This document shows, piece after piece, positions 20,123-29,350 of a stretch of 64,000 bases of DNA (position 1 is the first letter of the stretch; each line of letters begins with the position of its first letter). This DNA comes from Candidatus Yanofskybacteria bacterium CG10_big_fil_rev_8_21_14_0_10_36_16. Lineage in GTDB: Bacteria > Patescibacteriota > Minisyncoccia > 2-02-FULL-40-12 > IGHO2-01-FULL-4-A. Under the pieces are notes generated by a model that was not told where the DNA came from, did not search any database, and saw nothing but the letters and a program-made list of their open reading frames with translations. The position numbers were made by a program, and so were the translations under genes. The DNA lies in assembly GCA_002794035.1 (NCBI GenBank), contig PCXQ01000004.1, forward strand, positions 187,064 to 251,063. The letters are read 5' to 3'.

Positions 20123-21241
20123 TTATTTCACGGGAGATTGGAATGTTTTGATTGCCGATTCAAAGACTTTTGTGGCTTCGCTTTCTGTGTCATATGGAAA
20201 ATGCAAAATAGTTAAAGCCCATTGAGTATTTACCAAATAGACATATCTTATAGCCTGCCCGCTGGCACCGGCAGCATCCAGCACAGCTCTTTTCATTGAA
20301 AGGCCATTTATTGTTATATCCTCTCTGTCTGCCATAGCATTCTGCTCAAGCCAATCTTCATAACTTTCAATAGCAGGAGAATCAAAAATATTTTCTACGT
20401 TGATAATAAAATAAGAACCAAGCGCCCACCCCTCGGTATCCTGAGGAATTTGAACTGTTTCAGTAGGTGTAAAAATCACACCTTGATCTACTTCGTGCCA
20501 AAACCAATTTGTTGGAATATCGATAGAATAACTAACTGGTGATTTAGACTGAACAAAAGTTTTTAAGTTTGCACGACTTATGACAAGAGAATCAAGAATC
20601 TTTTCAAATTCTTCCAACGAAAGCTCTTCCGGATTGGAATTGTAAAAAACTATTCCTGAAAATTGACCGCTCTTTAAGTTCACAAGTCCTGCTAATCTGC
20701 CCTCGCCTACCCCAAACACAGGACCTTCGACACCACTTCTTTCGCCTTCAAAACTTTTATCATCTAAAATTAACATTTCTCCAAAGTCTTTTTGAATTAC
20801 TTTGTATGGCTCTATTTTCATATCCGGTTTTACTGATACAAATTTAAAATAATATTTTCCGTCTTCTTTTCTAAAACCTCTAGTATCAGTAATCAAGCCT
20901 TCTCTACCAGCGCTAAAGTCATCTGTGATTCCCCCGAATTCAAGACCTGAGAAATTAGAAAAGGTTCCTACCAATTTGTTTCCCGTTGTTCCGCCAGGCC
21001 TTCTGCCCGGTTCATATATATCAGCAGATACATTTCCAAACTCTGCAGGATATTCAAAATATAGCCCCAAATCTTCGTCTTTAAAGAAAGACAGATTTTC
21101 ATTATTTTCAACATCGTTTTTATCCCTAGTTAAATAGATTGCAAAAAAAGTTCCAAGCAATAAAGATATTACGAAAAATACTAAGGTTACAGATTGTTTT
21201 TTATTCATCCCCTCACTCATTAAGAATAAATCTAAAGCCAA
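20123..21241 (-). CDS. Hypothetical secreted/membrane-anchored protein
   Basis: N-terminal TM/signal (VTLVFFVISLLLGTFFAIYL). No recognised domain. Confidence 0.4.
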   Translation of the reverse strand: MALDLFLMSEGMNKKQSVTLVFFVISLLLGTFFAIYLTRDKNDVENNENLSFFKDEDLGLYFEYPAEFGNVSADIYEPGRRPGGTTGNKLVGTFSNFSGLEFGGITDDFSAGREGLITDTRGFRKEDGKYYFKFVSVKPDMKIEPYKVIQKDFGEMLILDDKSFEGERSGVEGPVFGVGEGRLAGLVNLKSGQFSGIVFYNSNPEELSLEEFEKILDSLVISRANLKTFVQSKSPVSYSIDIPTNWFWHEVDQGVIFTPTETVQIPQDTEGWALGSYFIINVENIFDSPAIESYEDWLEQNAMADREDITINGLSMKRAVLDAAGASGQAIRYVYLVNTQWALTILHFPYDTESEATKVFESAIKTFQSPVK

Positions 21242-21423
21242 ATCTTGACCTATGATTATATTCTTAAAAATTAATTAAATGATAGCAGTATTTTACAAGC
21301 GAAACCCCACAATACAAAGACAAATTCTTCATGAGTGTGGGGATTCATGTTTTTATTTAACCAGACAATAGGCAAAAATAAAACCCCCACAACGGCGAGG
21401 GTTTGTGAAAATATACAGAGAAA

Positions 21424-21984
21424 TTAATCTAAAACAGGATCTTTAAAACCAGATTCTCGGATATTTTTAGAACTAGAGACCCTAGAAAAACTATCTGGCG
21501 TTATATTGCCCTGTTCTAAAATTGAATCTTGTAATCTTTTTCGTCTTTCTTTGTCTTCCTGTTTATATGATCTATGAAAGGGCCTCTCGGAAGCAATCTT
21601 AAGTTTTCTTAAAATTCTTTCAACGTCAATCTCATGCAAACTTAAGGCAATTCTTAAAACATCCTCATCTGATGATTTTCTTTCAGGAGCAAGCGGACAA
21701 ACCAGTTCTCCAGTTTCCAAATCAACAGAAACATGATAACAACCATCACGGCAACTACTTGTTATTACCCAATATCCAGAACGATAAGCACGCATATACT
21801 GATCTGCATATCCTGTCCTACCATCGGCCTGCAAGGCAAGGTAAGGAACTTGTTGCCAAAGAGATCTTTGCAGTCTTGAAATTTCACGTATTTTATCAAT
21901 TAATTCTTTTGCGGTAGACCCAATTTCTTCGAAAATATCTTGTGGTATCATCGAAACTCTCCTATATAAAAATACTACTGACAT
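21424..21984 (-). CDS. Hypothetical protein with Cys cluster (CRDGCYHVSVDLETGELVCP)
   Basis: ORF only. Possible zinc-ribbon-like motif. Confidence 0.3.
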   Translation of the reverse strand: MSVVFLYRRVSMIPQDIFEEIGSTAKELIDKIREISRLQRSLWQQVPYLALQADGRTGYADQYMRAYRSGYWVITSSCRDGCYHVSVDLETGELVCPLAPERKSSDEDVLRIALSLHEIDVERILRKLKIASERPFHRSYKQEDKERRKRLQDSILEQGNITPDSFSRVSSSKNIRESGFKDPVLD

Positions 21985-22066
21985 ACTATAGTAAAAGTTA
22001 GCCTTTTACAAACAGTCTTATATACACAAACAAAAACCCCGCCAAATACGGGGCTTCTATATAATT

Positions 22067-22786
22067 TTATCTCTTTCCAGTTAGTTCAGCCCAATGGGTT
22101 TTAGGTCTAAACCTTTGAGACCCATTGGCACACAACTCGCATTCACTTGCCTCTACTGCCCAAACCCTTTTTTCAATCAAAGATATAACCCCCCTATCTC
22201 CATAATAACTTACGGGCAACTCAGGAGGACGATGAACCAAAACACCGATAAAAGGCACCCAATTCACGGGGCTGTAATTACCTTCATCAACTGCTTCCTT
22301 GACTGCGTTTAATGTTGTAGAGGTAGTAATAAGCTCCTCAATCTGTAGCACTGTCTCCCCTTCCGGAATTTGGACTCTTTTCCAGAGCATTTTTCCATTT
22401 TGGCTAGGATCTTTTTCTGTGAACATAAAAATCTTTGCACCAAGCGCTCTGGCTACATCGTGGCCAAAAGTTATACCAGCCATTGGTGAACCAATTACCC
22501 AATCTATTTTTTCATTGGGCATATAAAATCTAATTTTACGAGCCATCTGATTTGCCAGAATCTCAGAAAGATTCAAGTACTTTAACACCCGCAAACAATC
22601 AAAAAAACCATTACTGCACTTTCCTGAGGTAAGTTCCACATGAGGGTCTTCTATTTTACCGCTATGCATCCAATAAGCATCGCAAACATCAAACCATTTT
22701 AACATTGTTGAGATAGGAACATTTATATCTTTAAAATCCTCAGGTCGTAATCTCTCCACTTCTTTTAAAGTCATCTTAGCCTCCAA
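22067..22786 (-). CDS. Orotate phosphoribosyltransferase-like (type I PRTase) protein with a Cys-containing C-terminal extension
   Basis: PRPP-binding motif VLQIEELITTSTTL. Upstream region WVIGSPMAGITFGHDVARALGAKIFMFTEK is similar to PyrE. Confidence 0.55.
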   Translation of the reverse strand: MEAKMTLKEVERLRPEDFKDINVPISTMLKWFDVCDAYWMHSGKIEDPHVELTSGKCSNGFFDCLRVLKYLNLSEILANQMARKIRFYMPNEKIDWVIGSPMAGITFGHDVARALGAKIFMFTEKDPSQNGKMLWKRVQIPEGETVLQIEELITTSTTLNAVKEAVDEGNYSPVNWVPFIGVLVHRPPELPVSYYGDRGVISLIEKRVWAVEASECELCANGSQRFRPKTHWAELTGKR

Positions 22787-22871
22787 CCTAAACTATATGC
22801 CCCATTTTTATAACAAAAAAGGCGCGCCAATCGTCAAGCCGCCCTTAATACAAATCTTAATAAATTTTTTA

Positions 22872-23219
22872 TTATTCTTCAGGTGCTATTTCTTCTGCAC
22901 CATCCTTATTCTTCAAATAGGCCTGAACTTCTTCATCAGCAGGATCGTTCTCAGGAAGCCCTGAGGAATTAAGCGCATTAACAAGCGCTTCTTCTATCTG
23001 GGGTGAAACATGTGTAATACTCTTTAAATGTTCAAAAAATAGTCTACCCATTGATAAAGAAAAAACGGCAGGCCACCTCATATCTCTTCCTTCAAAAAAT
23101 AAATAGGCATGCGGAAAGGGACTGCCACAATTGCACATTTCGAATTTTATTTCTGACACCTCTTTCGGTGTTTCTTCCGGCATTCGGGGCTGTTCCGACA
23201 CTTGGTTTCTTCCTCTCAA
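22872..23219 (-). CDS. Hypothetical protein
   Basis: ORF only. Confidence 0.3.
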   Translation of the reverse strand: MRGRNQVSEQPRMPEETPKEVSEIKFEMCNCGSPFPHAYLFFEGRDMRWPAVFSLSMGRLFFEHLKSITHVSPQIEEALVNALNSSGLPENDPADEEVQAYLKNKDGAEEIAPEE

Positions 23220-23307
23220 ATATTATGATTATTGTATGGCTTTTTTAAATGTGCTGAAAATATTTTATATTATTTCATAAATTATGTCAAATATTTATTA
23301 TTCGGTT

Positions 23308-24012
23308 TCAAGCCAACTCTTTCCATATTCTTTCAGCCAATAATGCAATATCTTTTCTTGCCCTATTAACACATGATTGTGCCTTCCTTCTATAATTAGG
23401 CATATGCTGACGAGTTATAATTTTTCTGGGGAATAATGAATCCCCATACTTTATAACCCCCGAACCGCTGTAACCTTGAAATGTTGAACCAGCCCATCCC
23501 TCACTTCCAAAATATAATCGCTTACTTGTTTGCTCAAGCAAACTGCTAATATTTGACATAGAATCCTCACTGCCTGATACCGTTGCTATGTCAAAATCCA
23601 AGTTTAATTCTCGCAAAATATTGCTAAGTATTAAAATGCTTCTTCCGGTATCTATGCACTCTGTAACTAACAATACGTGTGTTGGAGCAATCTTCTTTAC
23701 CAGCTCTTTTATCTTGCAAAATGTTTCCGTATTGCCATGTCGGCCACCGGAAACAAAACGAATATCTGTTTTAGACAAACCCTTCCCCATCTGAAACCTG
23801 TCGATAAGCCTTTTTATAAAAAGACTTACTAATCTACCGCTGGCATCATCGCTTAAAATAAAATCATAAGTTTTTCCTGATTGAATAATCTTTTTAGCTA
23901 AAACAAAAAGAGTTGGCGCTATCTCTCTAATCTTTTCTAATTCAATATCTTCAAGCATAGATTCTCTGAAACTCGGCTCATAATTTCCAGATTCTTTCTG
24001 AACTTCGTACAT
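23308..24012 (-). CDS. Phosphoribosyltransferase-domain protein (second type I PRTase-like)
   Basis: PRPP-binding-like motif HVLLVTECIDTGRSI. Otherwise divergent. Confidence 0.45.
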   Translation of the reverse strand: MYEVQKESGNYEPSFRESMLEDIELEKIREIAPTLFVLAKKIIQSGKTYDFILSDDASGRLVSLFIKRLIDRFQMGKGLSKTDIRFVSGGRHGNTETFCKIKELVKKIAPTHVLLVTECIDTGRSILILSNILRELNLDFDIATVSGSEDSMSNISSLLEQTSKRLYFGSEGWAGSTFQGYSGSGVIKYGDSLFPRKIITRQHMPNYRRKAQSCVNRARKDIALLAERIWKELA

Positions 24013-24173
24013 CTATACCTCCATCCAATTTTTAATTTTAAAAAACTATATTGATAATACCACAAAAATTAATACTGGTCAATAAAATACTTCCTTTTAA
24101 TAACCCCCAGATCAAAACAAAAAGGGGCCAATAAATAGCCCTTTGAAAATATTTTTAAAGTTTTAAATAACTC

Positions 24174-24413
24174 TTAAGCAAAAAGAAGCCAGTACCAAAC
24201 TCCGAGAAATAGCGCAAACACAAAAACTCTTAGCAGCTTCGAAAAAATAAAACTTGAGCTATTGAAGCCATTATCTTCATACCCCAATTTATCTAAAACC
24301 GAATGATTATCTTTTTCAAATCGTTCAATCCCCAATCTGTAAGCTTCTGCTAACAAATTAACGAATCCCAGACAAAAGAAAAACCATGCCAACACAATCT
24401 TAAAAAACAACAT
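24174..24413 (-). CDS. Small hypothetical membrane protein
   Basis: 79 aa, 2 TM. Confidence 0.3.
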   Translation of the reverse strand: MLFFKIVLAWFFFCLGFVNLLAEAYRLGIERFEKDNHSVLDKLGYEDNGFNSSSFIFSKLLRVFVFALFLGVWYWLLFA

Positions 24414-24446
24414 TCTTCCACCTCCTTTACGTTTTCGTAAAAAAAT

Positions 24447-24713
24447 CTACCTTAAAACATGCGCATTAAAGAAACTAAGTAGCCAAGACTGGTCTGTAGA
24501 TAAATAACGAGTGGCCCACATAATAATATTGGCAATTACTGCACAAACGGTTATTGCATAAGCAATAAGAAACCCAATTTCTTTAGATGTCTTAAGTGCA
24601 TAAACAGCAACGACTATAGACACACTGGTAAACCCAATCAAAACAGGCATTTGAAAAAAGTACCCAACAACAAATCCAACAAGAATCAAAAGGATAGCCG
24701 TAACTAAACCCAT
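24447..24713 (-). CDS. Small hypothetical membrane protein
   Basis: 88 aa, 3 TM. Confidence 0.3.
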   Translation of the reverse strand: MGLVTAILLILVGFVVGYFFQMPVLIGFTSVSIVVAVYALKTSKEIGFLIAYAITVCAVIANIIMWATRYLSTDQSWLLSFFNAHVLR

Positions 24714-25107
24714 TACACACCTTCTCTAAATTGTTAAACAACTTGCTAGAATATACTACATGATTATATTTATGTCAAGACAAATTAAAACCGAGCTAAG
24801 CTCGGCTAATGTGTTCTTGTAAACCTTCCGCGGGCGGATAGATCATACGGGGAATTTGTTCTTGGTATATTTTTTCGTATATATTTTTGAGCTTGGTTTC
24901 TTTCACGTTCTTTTTTGATATAGTCTGCCGTCCTATTAATATCATATGGATTTCTGTCAGCACTGGAACCCTGAGAATCCTTTGCCACCTTTCACTCCTA
25001 ATTATTATAGGTACTAAATCAAATTTAACATATAAAATTTAAACCGTCTACCCAACATCCCATCTATTAAAAAGGCCCGCCCTGGCAGGTCATTTTAAAA
25101 ATTAAAA

Positions 25108-25437
25108 TCAGAAACGGCCACTTGAAACAAAGTGTTCAATTTCAGTTATTAAATTGCACTCAAGACATAGAACAAAATATTCTGTTAGCCAAGAATCCCC
25201 TTCCGGGCTATCCACAGTTTGCACATAATGCTTAACGACTGGTTGCATGTGATAACATTTTGAACAAGTGTATTGATTAACTTGGTCTAAACTTACTACT
25301 AAATACCCATGGGGCACACCATCATACCTTATACCGGCCCATCCCCCTGTTTGAGATATTGATGCTAAATATTTTTTCCACTCATACTGTGTCTTATACA
25401 ACTTTATGCCTTCAGGTAGAAATTCTAGAACAACCAC
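25108..25437 (-). CDS. Hypothetical protein with CxxC...CxxC
   Basis: CSKCYH...CLEC possible zinc ribbon. Confidence 0.3.
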   Translation of the reverse strand: MVVLEFLPEGIKLYKTQYEWKKYLASISQTGGWAGIRYDGVPHGYLVVSLDQVNQYTCSKCYHMQPVVKHYVQTVDSPEGDSWLTEYFVLCLECNLITEIEHFVSSGRF

Positions 25438-25640
25438 TGGGTTAGAATCACGATCAACAAAAAAATATATATTCTTGTATCTTTGTCAATATTAATTATT
25501 TTTTAAATTAAAAGGGTTTCCTTTGAAAAATCCAAAAAGCAATCACAAGGTTTTTTCTTTAGAATTTCTTACTGTAAAAGTTTTGTGAATAAATATCCCA
25601 CAACCTTATGGTTTTATGATTGAGGCAACTAACCTAAAAA

Positions 25641-26132
25641 TTAATTGAGGGCCCAAATAGCGTAATTTAAATATGTTGCAAAGCTAACCCAAAGAAGATA
25701 AGGAACCAGAAGATATGCAGCTAGCTTTGATATTTTATAAAAAACCTTGATTGTCCAAACAATAGCAAACCAAAGCACCACAATATCAACCAGAGCCAAT
25801 CCTGGATTTTTAAAGCCAAAGAAAATAATTGACCAAATAGCATTTAATAAAAGTTGAAAACCAAAAATACTAAGCGCCGTTCTTACACTCCTTTGACTCC
25901 AGCCATTCCGCCACACTAAAAATGCAGCAACACCCATTAGTGTATAAAGAATTGTCCAAACGGGTCCGAACACCCAAGCGGGAGGGTTCAATGCCGGCTT
26001 TGTAATTGTAGCGTACCAATTTGGAATTGCAGAAAAAGTAAACAGAGAACCGATAACCCCAGCTGACTGGGAAACAGTAATAGCAATTACTAATTTAAAA
26101 AAAATATTTATCTTCATACTATAATTATACAA
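25641..26132 (-). CDS. tspO: TspO/MBR family tryptophan-rich sensory protein
   Basis: LNPPAWVFGPVWTILYTLMGVAAFLVW plus 5 TM and the Trp-rich pattern typical of TspO. Confidence 0.8.
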   Translation of the reverse strand: MYNYSMKINIFFKLVIAITVSQSAGVIGSLFTFSAIPNWYATITKPALNPPAWVFGPVWTILYTLMGVAAFLVWRNGWSQRSVRTALSIFGFQLLLNAIWSIIFFGFKNPGLALVDIVVLWFAIVWTIKVFYKISKLAAYLLVPYLLWVSFATYLNYAIWALN

Positions 26133-26222
26133 AAAAACACTGTTTTACACAGTATCCCTTACCCCAACTACACAAAAAAAAATAATCAAATTAAAGTAAA
26201 GCCCCGCTATAGCGGGGCAAAA

Positions 26223-26420
26223 TCATCTCCAGACAGAAAAACCTTTTTGTTTAAACCATTTCTTAACTTTACAGGTATCACGATCAAAACTTTCAATAGA
26301 AACAAAATAATCTCTCACTTCGCCATTTATAGCCGAAGCGCAAATTTCTGCATCTCGCTTATTCTTAAAACTCCCATAAAATTTTAAACCACCTTCATCA
26401 ATAAGATCAAACACCGCCAT
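26223..26420 (-). CDS. Small hypothetical protein, paralog of the adjacent ORF
   Basis: Shares R.DAE.CA...EVRDY.V.I.S.D..T..V..W.K..GFSVW with 26433..26708. Confidence 0.4.
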   Translation of the reverse strand: MAVFDLIDEGGLKFYGSFKNKRDAEICASAINGEVRDYFVSIESFDRDTCKVKKWFKQKGFSVWR

Positions 26421-26432
26421 ACCACATACTCC

Positions 26433-26708
26433 TTATGTAATATTAAAATCTTGTGTTTTTTTAGGACTAACCCAGACAGAAAAACCGACGGTCTTCTCCC
26501 ATGAAGTAACCCGGCCAGTTTGTGGATCATATGAGATAATATCCACCCCATAATCACGCACTTCGTGATTGCCACCAAAAGCACAATCTTCAGCATCTTC
26601 CCTATTGTTAAAGGTTGCGAAAAAATATTTACCGTCTTTGAAAAATCTATAGAGTAATTCATGATCCTGTTTATCACTTGGATCAAACATTCTTGTTTTC
26701 TCCTTCAA
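26433..26708 (-). CDS. Small hypothetical protein, paralog of the adjacent ORF
   Basis: Tandem paralog (see 26223..26420). Confidence 0.4.
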   Translation of the reverse strand: MKEKTRMFDPSDKQDHELLYRFFKDGKYFFATFNNREDAEDCAFGGNHEVRDYGVDIISYDPQTGRVTSWEKTVGFSVWVSPKKTQDFNIT

Positions 26709-26842
26709 TTAAGTTTTAATTAACTGAAATAAATATATCACGACAATACACTGCTGTCAAATATAAGTGTCCATACATTTTCTGAGGTTGTAATCAAGGA
26801 CAGATTTGTAATTAAAAAGACCGATTTCTCGGTCTATAAATT

Positions 26843-27199
26843 TCATGATGCCTTTAAAATATTCATCAAGCTTTCTATTTTCTCATTAATCTCTTTTGCC
26901 TCATCATAGCTTCTTTCTTTAACCACCACAAACAGCTCAGTCTCCAGCTCATTGATCAGCACCCTTATAAATGTCGGATTGCCTGATTTCAAATATACCC
27001 CGTTCACTCTTTCATCAAATTGATTAACTTCATACCTAGCATCTTCAAAATCAAACTCACAGCTTAAAGCTTCTGCAAATGCTGATTTACTTCCAGGAAC
27101 ATGTTTAACCCTATCTGCCTCAAGAGCATCAAGAAATAAATTGAGCCTGGAAAATGGTAAATTCGTTGCAATATGTTTGCGATTCTCTGGAACGGCCAT
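26843..27199 (-). CDS. Hypothetical protein
   Basis: ORF only. Confidence 0.35.
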   Translation of the reverse strand: MAVPENRKHIATNLPFSRLNLFLDALEADRVKHVPGSKSAFAEALSCEFDFEDARYEVNQFDERVNGVYLKSGNPTFIRVLINELETELFVVVKERSYDEAKEINEKIESLMNILKAS

Positions 27200-27282
27200 T
27201 TCTTTCTCCTTTCATTCACTTATTAAAGTATTGGAATTATAGCACCGAATTATATCTTGTCCAGCCAAACTGGATTATCATG

Positions 27283-27534
27283 TCATGCATTTATCTGCAT
27301 TTTCATTTTTCTCCACCGTTGAATCCCGCCAAAAGCAGTAAAGACAAAGAAATAACCCTGCACAACGAATGCTCGCCACGCTTCAGCGTAATAAGTTTCA
27401 ATGCCTGTACCCAATTGTCCAATGAGCATTCCTATAGTAAAGATAATGAATTTCTTGTCGGAAAGCTTTCCCCCACAGTAGGAAAACCATCCCCATGCTA
27501 TAAGTTGAGTACTTATCATAACCCAAAGAATCAT
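27283..27534 (-). CDS. Small membrane protein with weak PnuC-like motifs (WGWFSY ... QGYFFVFTAFGGIQRW)
   Basis: 83 aa, 3 TM. Motif resemblance to PnuC GWYxW and C-terminal QG.Y...F..I.G..W. Preceded by an AAGGAGAA Shine-Dalgarno sequence. Confidence 0.35.
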   Translation of the reverse strand: MILWVMISTQLIAWGWFSYCGGKLSDKKFIIFTIGMLIGQLGTGIETYYAEAWRAFVVQGYFFVFTAFGGIQRWRKMKMQINA

Positions 27535-27887
27535 TGATGTTCTCCTTGTTCTTGCAAATACTATAAAATTACCTGCCGACCCAACCGTGGCGGGAGAAGA
27601 AAGCTCACAACATACAATTTGGCTCCCGAATTAAAACTTTCACAAACCCCGAAGGAGAACAAGTTTCCTAAGGTGCATGCTTTTGAAATTATTTTACCAA
27701 ATCTAATACATAAATCCGAAACCCTCCTTCGCACAAAACTACGGAAGAGCGCAGAGCGAAACCTGAAATGATGCACCCGCCTCTATTTTTCTGGAGCAAA
27801 GGAGGTAGGACAGCAAACTCATCCAAGCGGACTTCTGCTTTCTTTTTTTAAAAAATTGACATCTACTGTATTTGCCCCATAGCATCA

Positions 27888-28937
27888 CTAGCGGATATTG
27901 TTTATAGAATTCTTTGCTGTATCATGTTTGACTTTCATGATATTGCTCAGCGTCTCTATAGTAAATGCTCTTGTTTCAAACAAAACAAGCACCTCATCGT
28001 CAATTTCTGGTAAAATTGCTTTTGTTTCAGATTCTATATCACTGACAGCAACGAGTTTCTTAAAAAGAAAAGAGTGCCAAGGATATGCAACCTTTACCAA
28101 CCTGTCCTGTATAACCTCGGCACGCACAACAAGAGAAGTGTTAAAGATACCGAGAAAACGGGCTGGCATTTCATATTCAATTTTCACTTTTTCTTCATCA
28201 ACTTGAATGGATTTCACATTTTCGTCTTTCAACAAAATTCCTTTGGCAAAATTTTCCAGCTCTTGTCCTGATTTCACTTGAGAGTGCTCTTTTACAGTTT
28301 CAAGAAAATCGCTTTTCTCTTTCTCATCCCATTCGCGAATCTCTCGTGCTTCTATCGAAATAGTATTCCTCTGCAAAAAATCTAAATCACTCTCATTATA
28401 TTGAACAACTGCTTCTCTTTCTATATGGTCAGGGTCGCCTTCTACTGGATCTATTTCTAAAATAGCAGGACCTGCCGCATTATCGTTTGTGCTATCGGTC
28501 ACAGAGGATGGATTTACTACCTCTATTATGGCAGGGCCTGGAGCACTTTCACCCTCACTCTCAAGAGTGCTCACAATCTGCACAGCGCCAACAACGATTG
28601 TTCGTCCGTTTGAATCGGCAGTTACAAATTCAAATTCATATGTTCCTGCCATGGGTGGTGTTACGTAAATTACATTTCCGCTTTGTGTACTAAATTTATA
28701 TGGACCAGACGTTTGACGCCATGAATAGGTACGCATAGTTCCATCGTCTATACTCGTTGATCCGTCGAGTATGAATCTTTGTCCAACCATACCCTCAACA
28801 CTTGTTGCCTTAACCTCTCCTTTAATATCGCCGAGTTTTATATAATAATCAGTCGCCGCGTACACTGATGCAACTGTCCCCAAAAAGACCACAAACATCA
28901 AGGTAGAAAGTATTGTTTTTTTGATATATATTTTCAT
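27888..28937 (-). CDS. Secreted protein with PKD/Ig-like domain
   Basis: Signal peptide. TYSWRQTSGP...GTYEFEFVTADSNG resembles a PKD fold. Confidence 0.45.
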   Translation of the reverse strand: MKIYIKKTILSTLMFVVFLGTVASVYAATDYYIKLGDIKGEVKATSVEGMVGQRFILDGSTSIDDGTMRTYSWRQTSGPYKFSTQSGNVIYVTPPMAGTYEFEFVTADSNGRTIVVGAVQIVSTLESEGESAPGPAIIEVVNPSSVTDSTNDNAAGPAILEIDPVEGDPDHIEREAVVQYNESDLDFLQRNTISIEAREIREWDEKEKSDFLETVKEHSQVKSGQELENFAKGILLKDENVKSIQVDEEKVKIEYEMPARFLGIFNTSLVVRAEVIQDRLVKVAYPWHSFLFKKLVAVSDIESETKAILPEIDDEVLVLFETRAFTIETLSNIMKVKHDTAKNSINNIR

Positions 28938-29242
28938 ACTATTTCTGTTACATAGTAACAGAAATGGTGATAAATAGCCACCAGAAGAATCTAAAGAAAT
29001 CTCTTTGCCAAAAAGTTTCTTTTAAACATTGCTTATTCCCCCGAAAGCATTAAAATCTGTTTCATTTCCCGCCAAAGTGTCCCGCCGGAGGCGGGACACG
29101 GAGCGAAGCCCAGCCCCGCCAATGGCGAGGATGAGCAACATGCTGGCCGGCAAGGCAGAGCGAACACTTTCATCTTCAAAAAATGAGTTCATGTCTATTT
29201 TTTGGCTCTGGGAACATGGGGCACCAAAGGACAGCAATAAAG

Positions 29243-29282
29243 ACCCCGAAAGGGATCTGACCCCTTTCGTTATTTTAAAATT
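29243..29282 (+). terminator. Intrinsic terminator (CGAAAGGG-atctgac-CCCTTTCG + TTATTTT) closing a GC-rich noncoding segment
   Basis: 8-bp GC hairpin plus T-run. Confidence 0.55.
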
Positions 29283-29350
29283 TTGATTTTGGTATAAAAG
29301 TATGTTAAATAATTTAATATACTTAAGTACTTTGACAAAAGGAAGAAAAA

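Noticed and set aside
27561-27776. 71-aa ORF (MHHFRFRSALFRSFVRRRVSDL...) in the long intergenic region
   Set aside because: Arg/Phe-rich low-complexity translation with no SD, inside a hairpin-dense region. Likely spurious.
27535-27887. RNase P RNA, tmRNA or a guanidine riboswitch in the 350-nt intergenic region
   Set aside because: No GGAAAGUCCGG (P4) or AGGGCAGG motifs. No tRNA-like 3' end (GGTTCGAATCC...ACCA). The ACGR-loop hairpins of guanidine-II are not cleanly present.
29040-29285. Cobalamin riboswitch or SRP RNA upstream of the B12 mutase
   Set aside because: GGGAAcatGGGGcACC and CAAGGCAGA partially resemble the B12 J-loop and SRP helix 8 respectively. However the B12 box / GCCACUG and the SRP GNRA-tetraloop partner are missing, and B12 riboswitches regulate transport or biosynthesis, not mutases. 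Not called.
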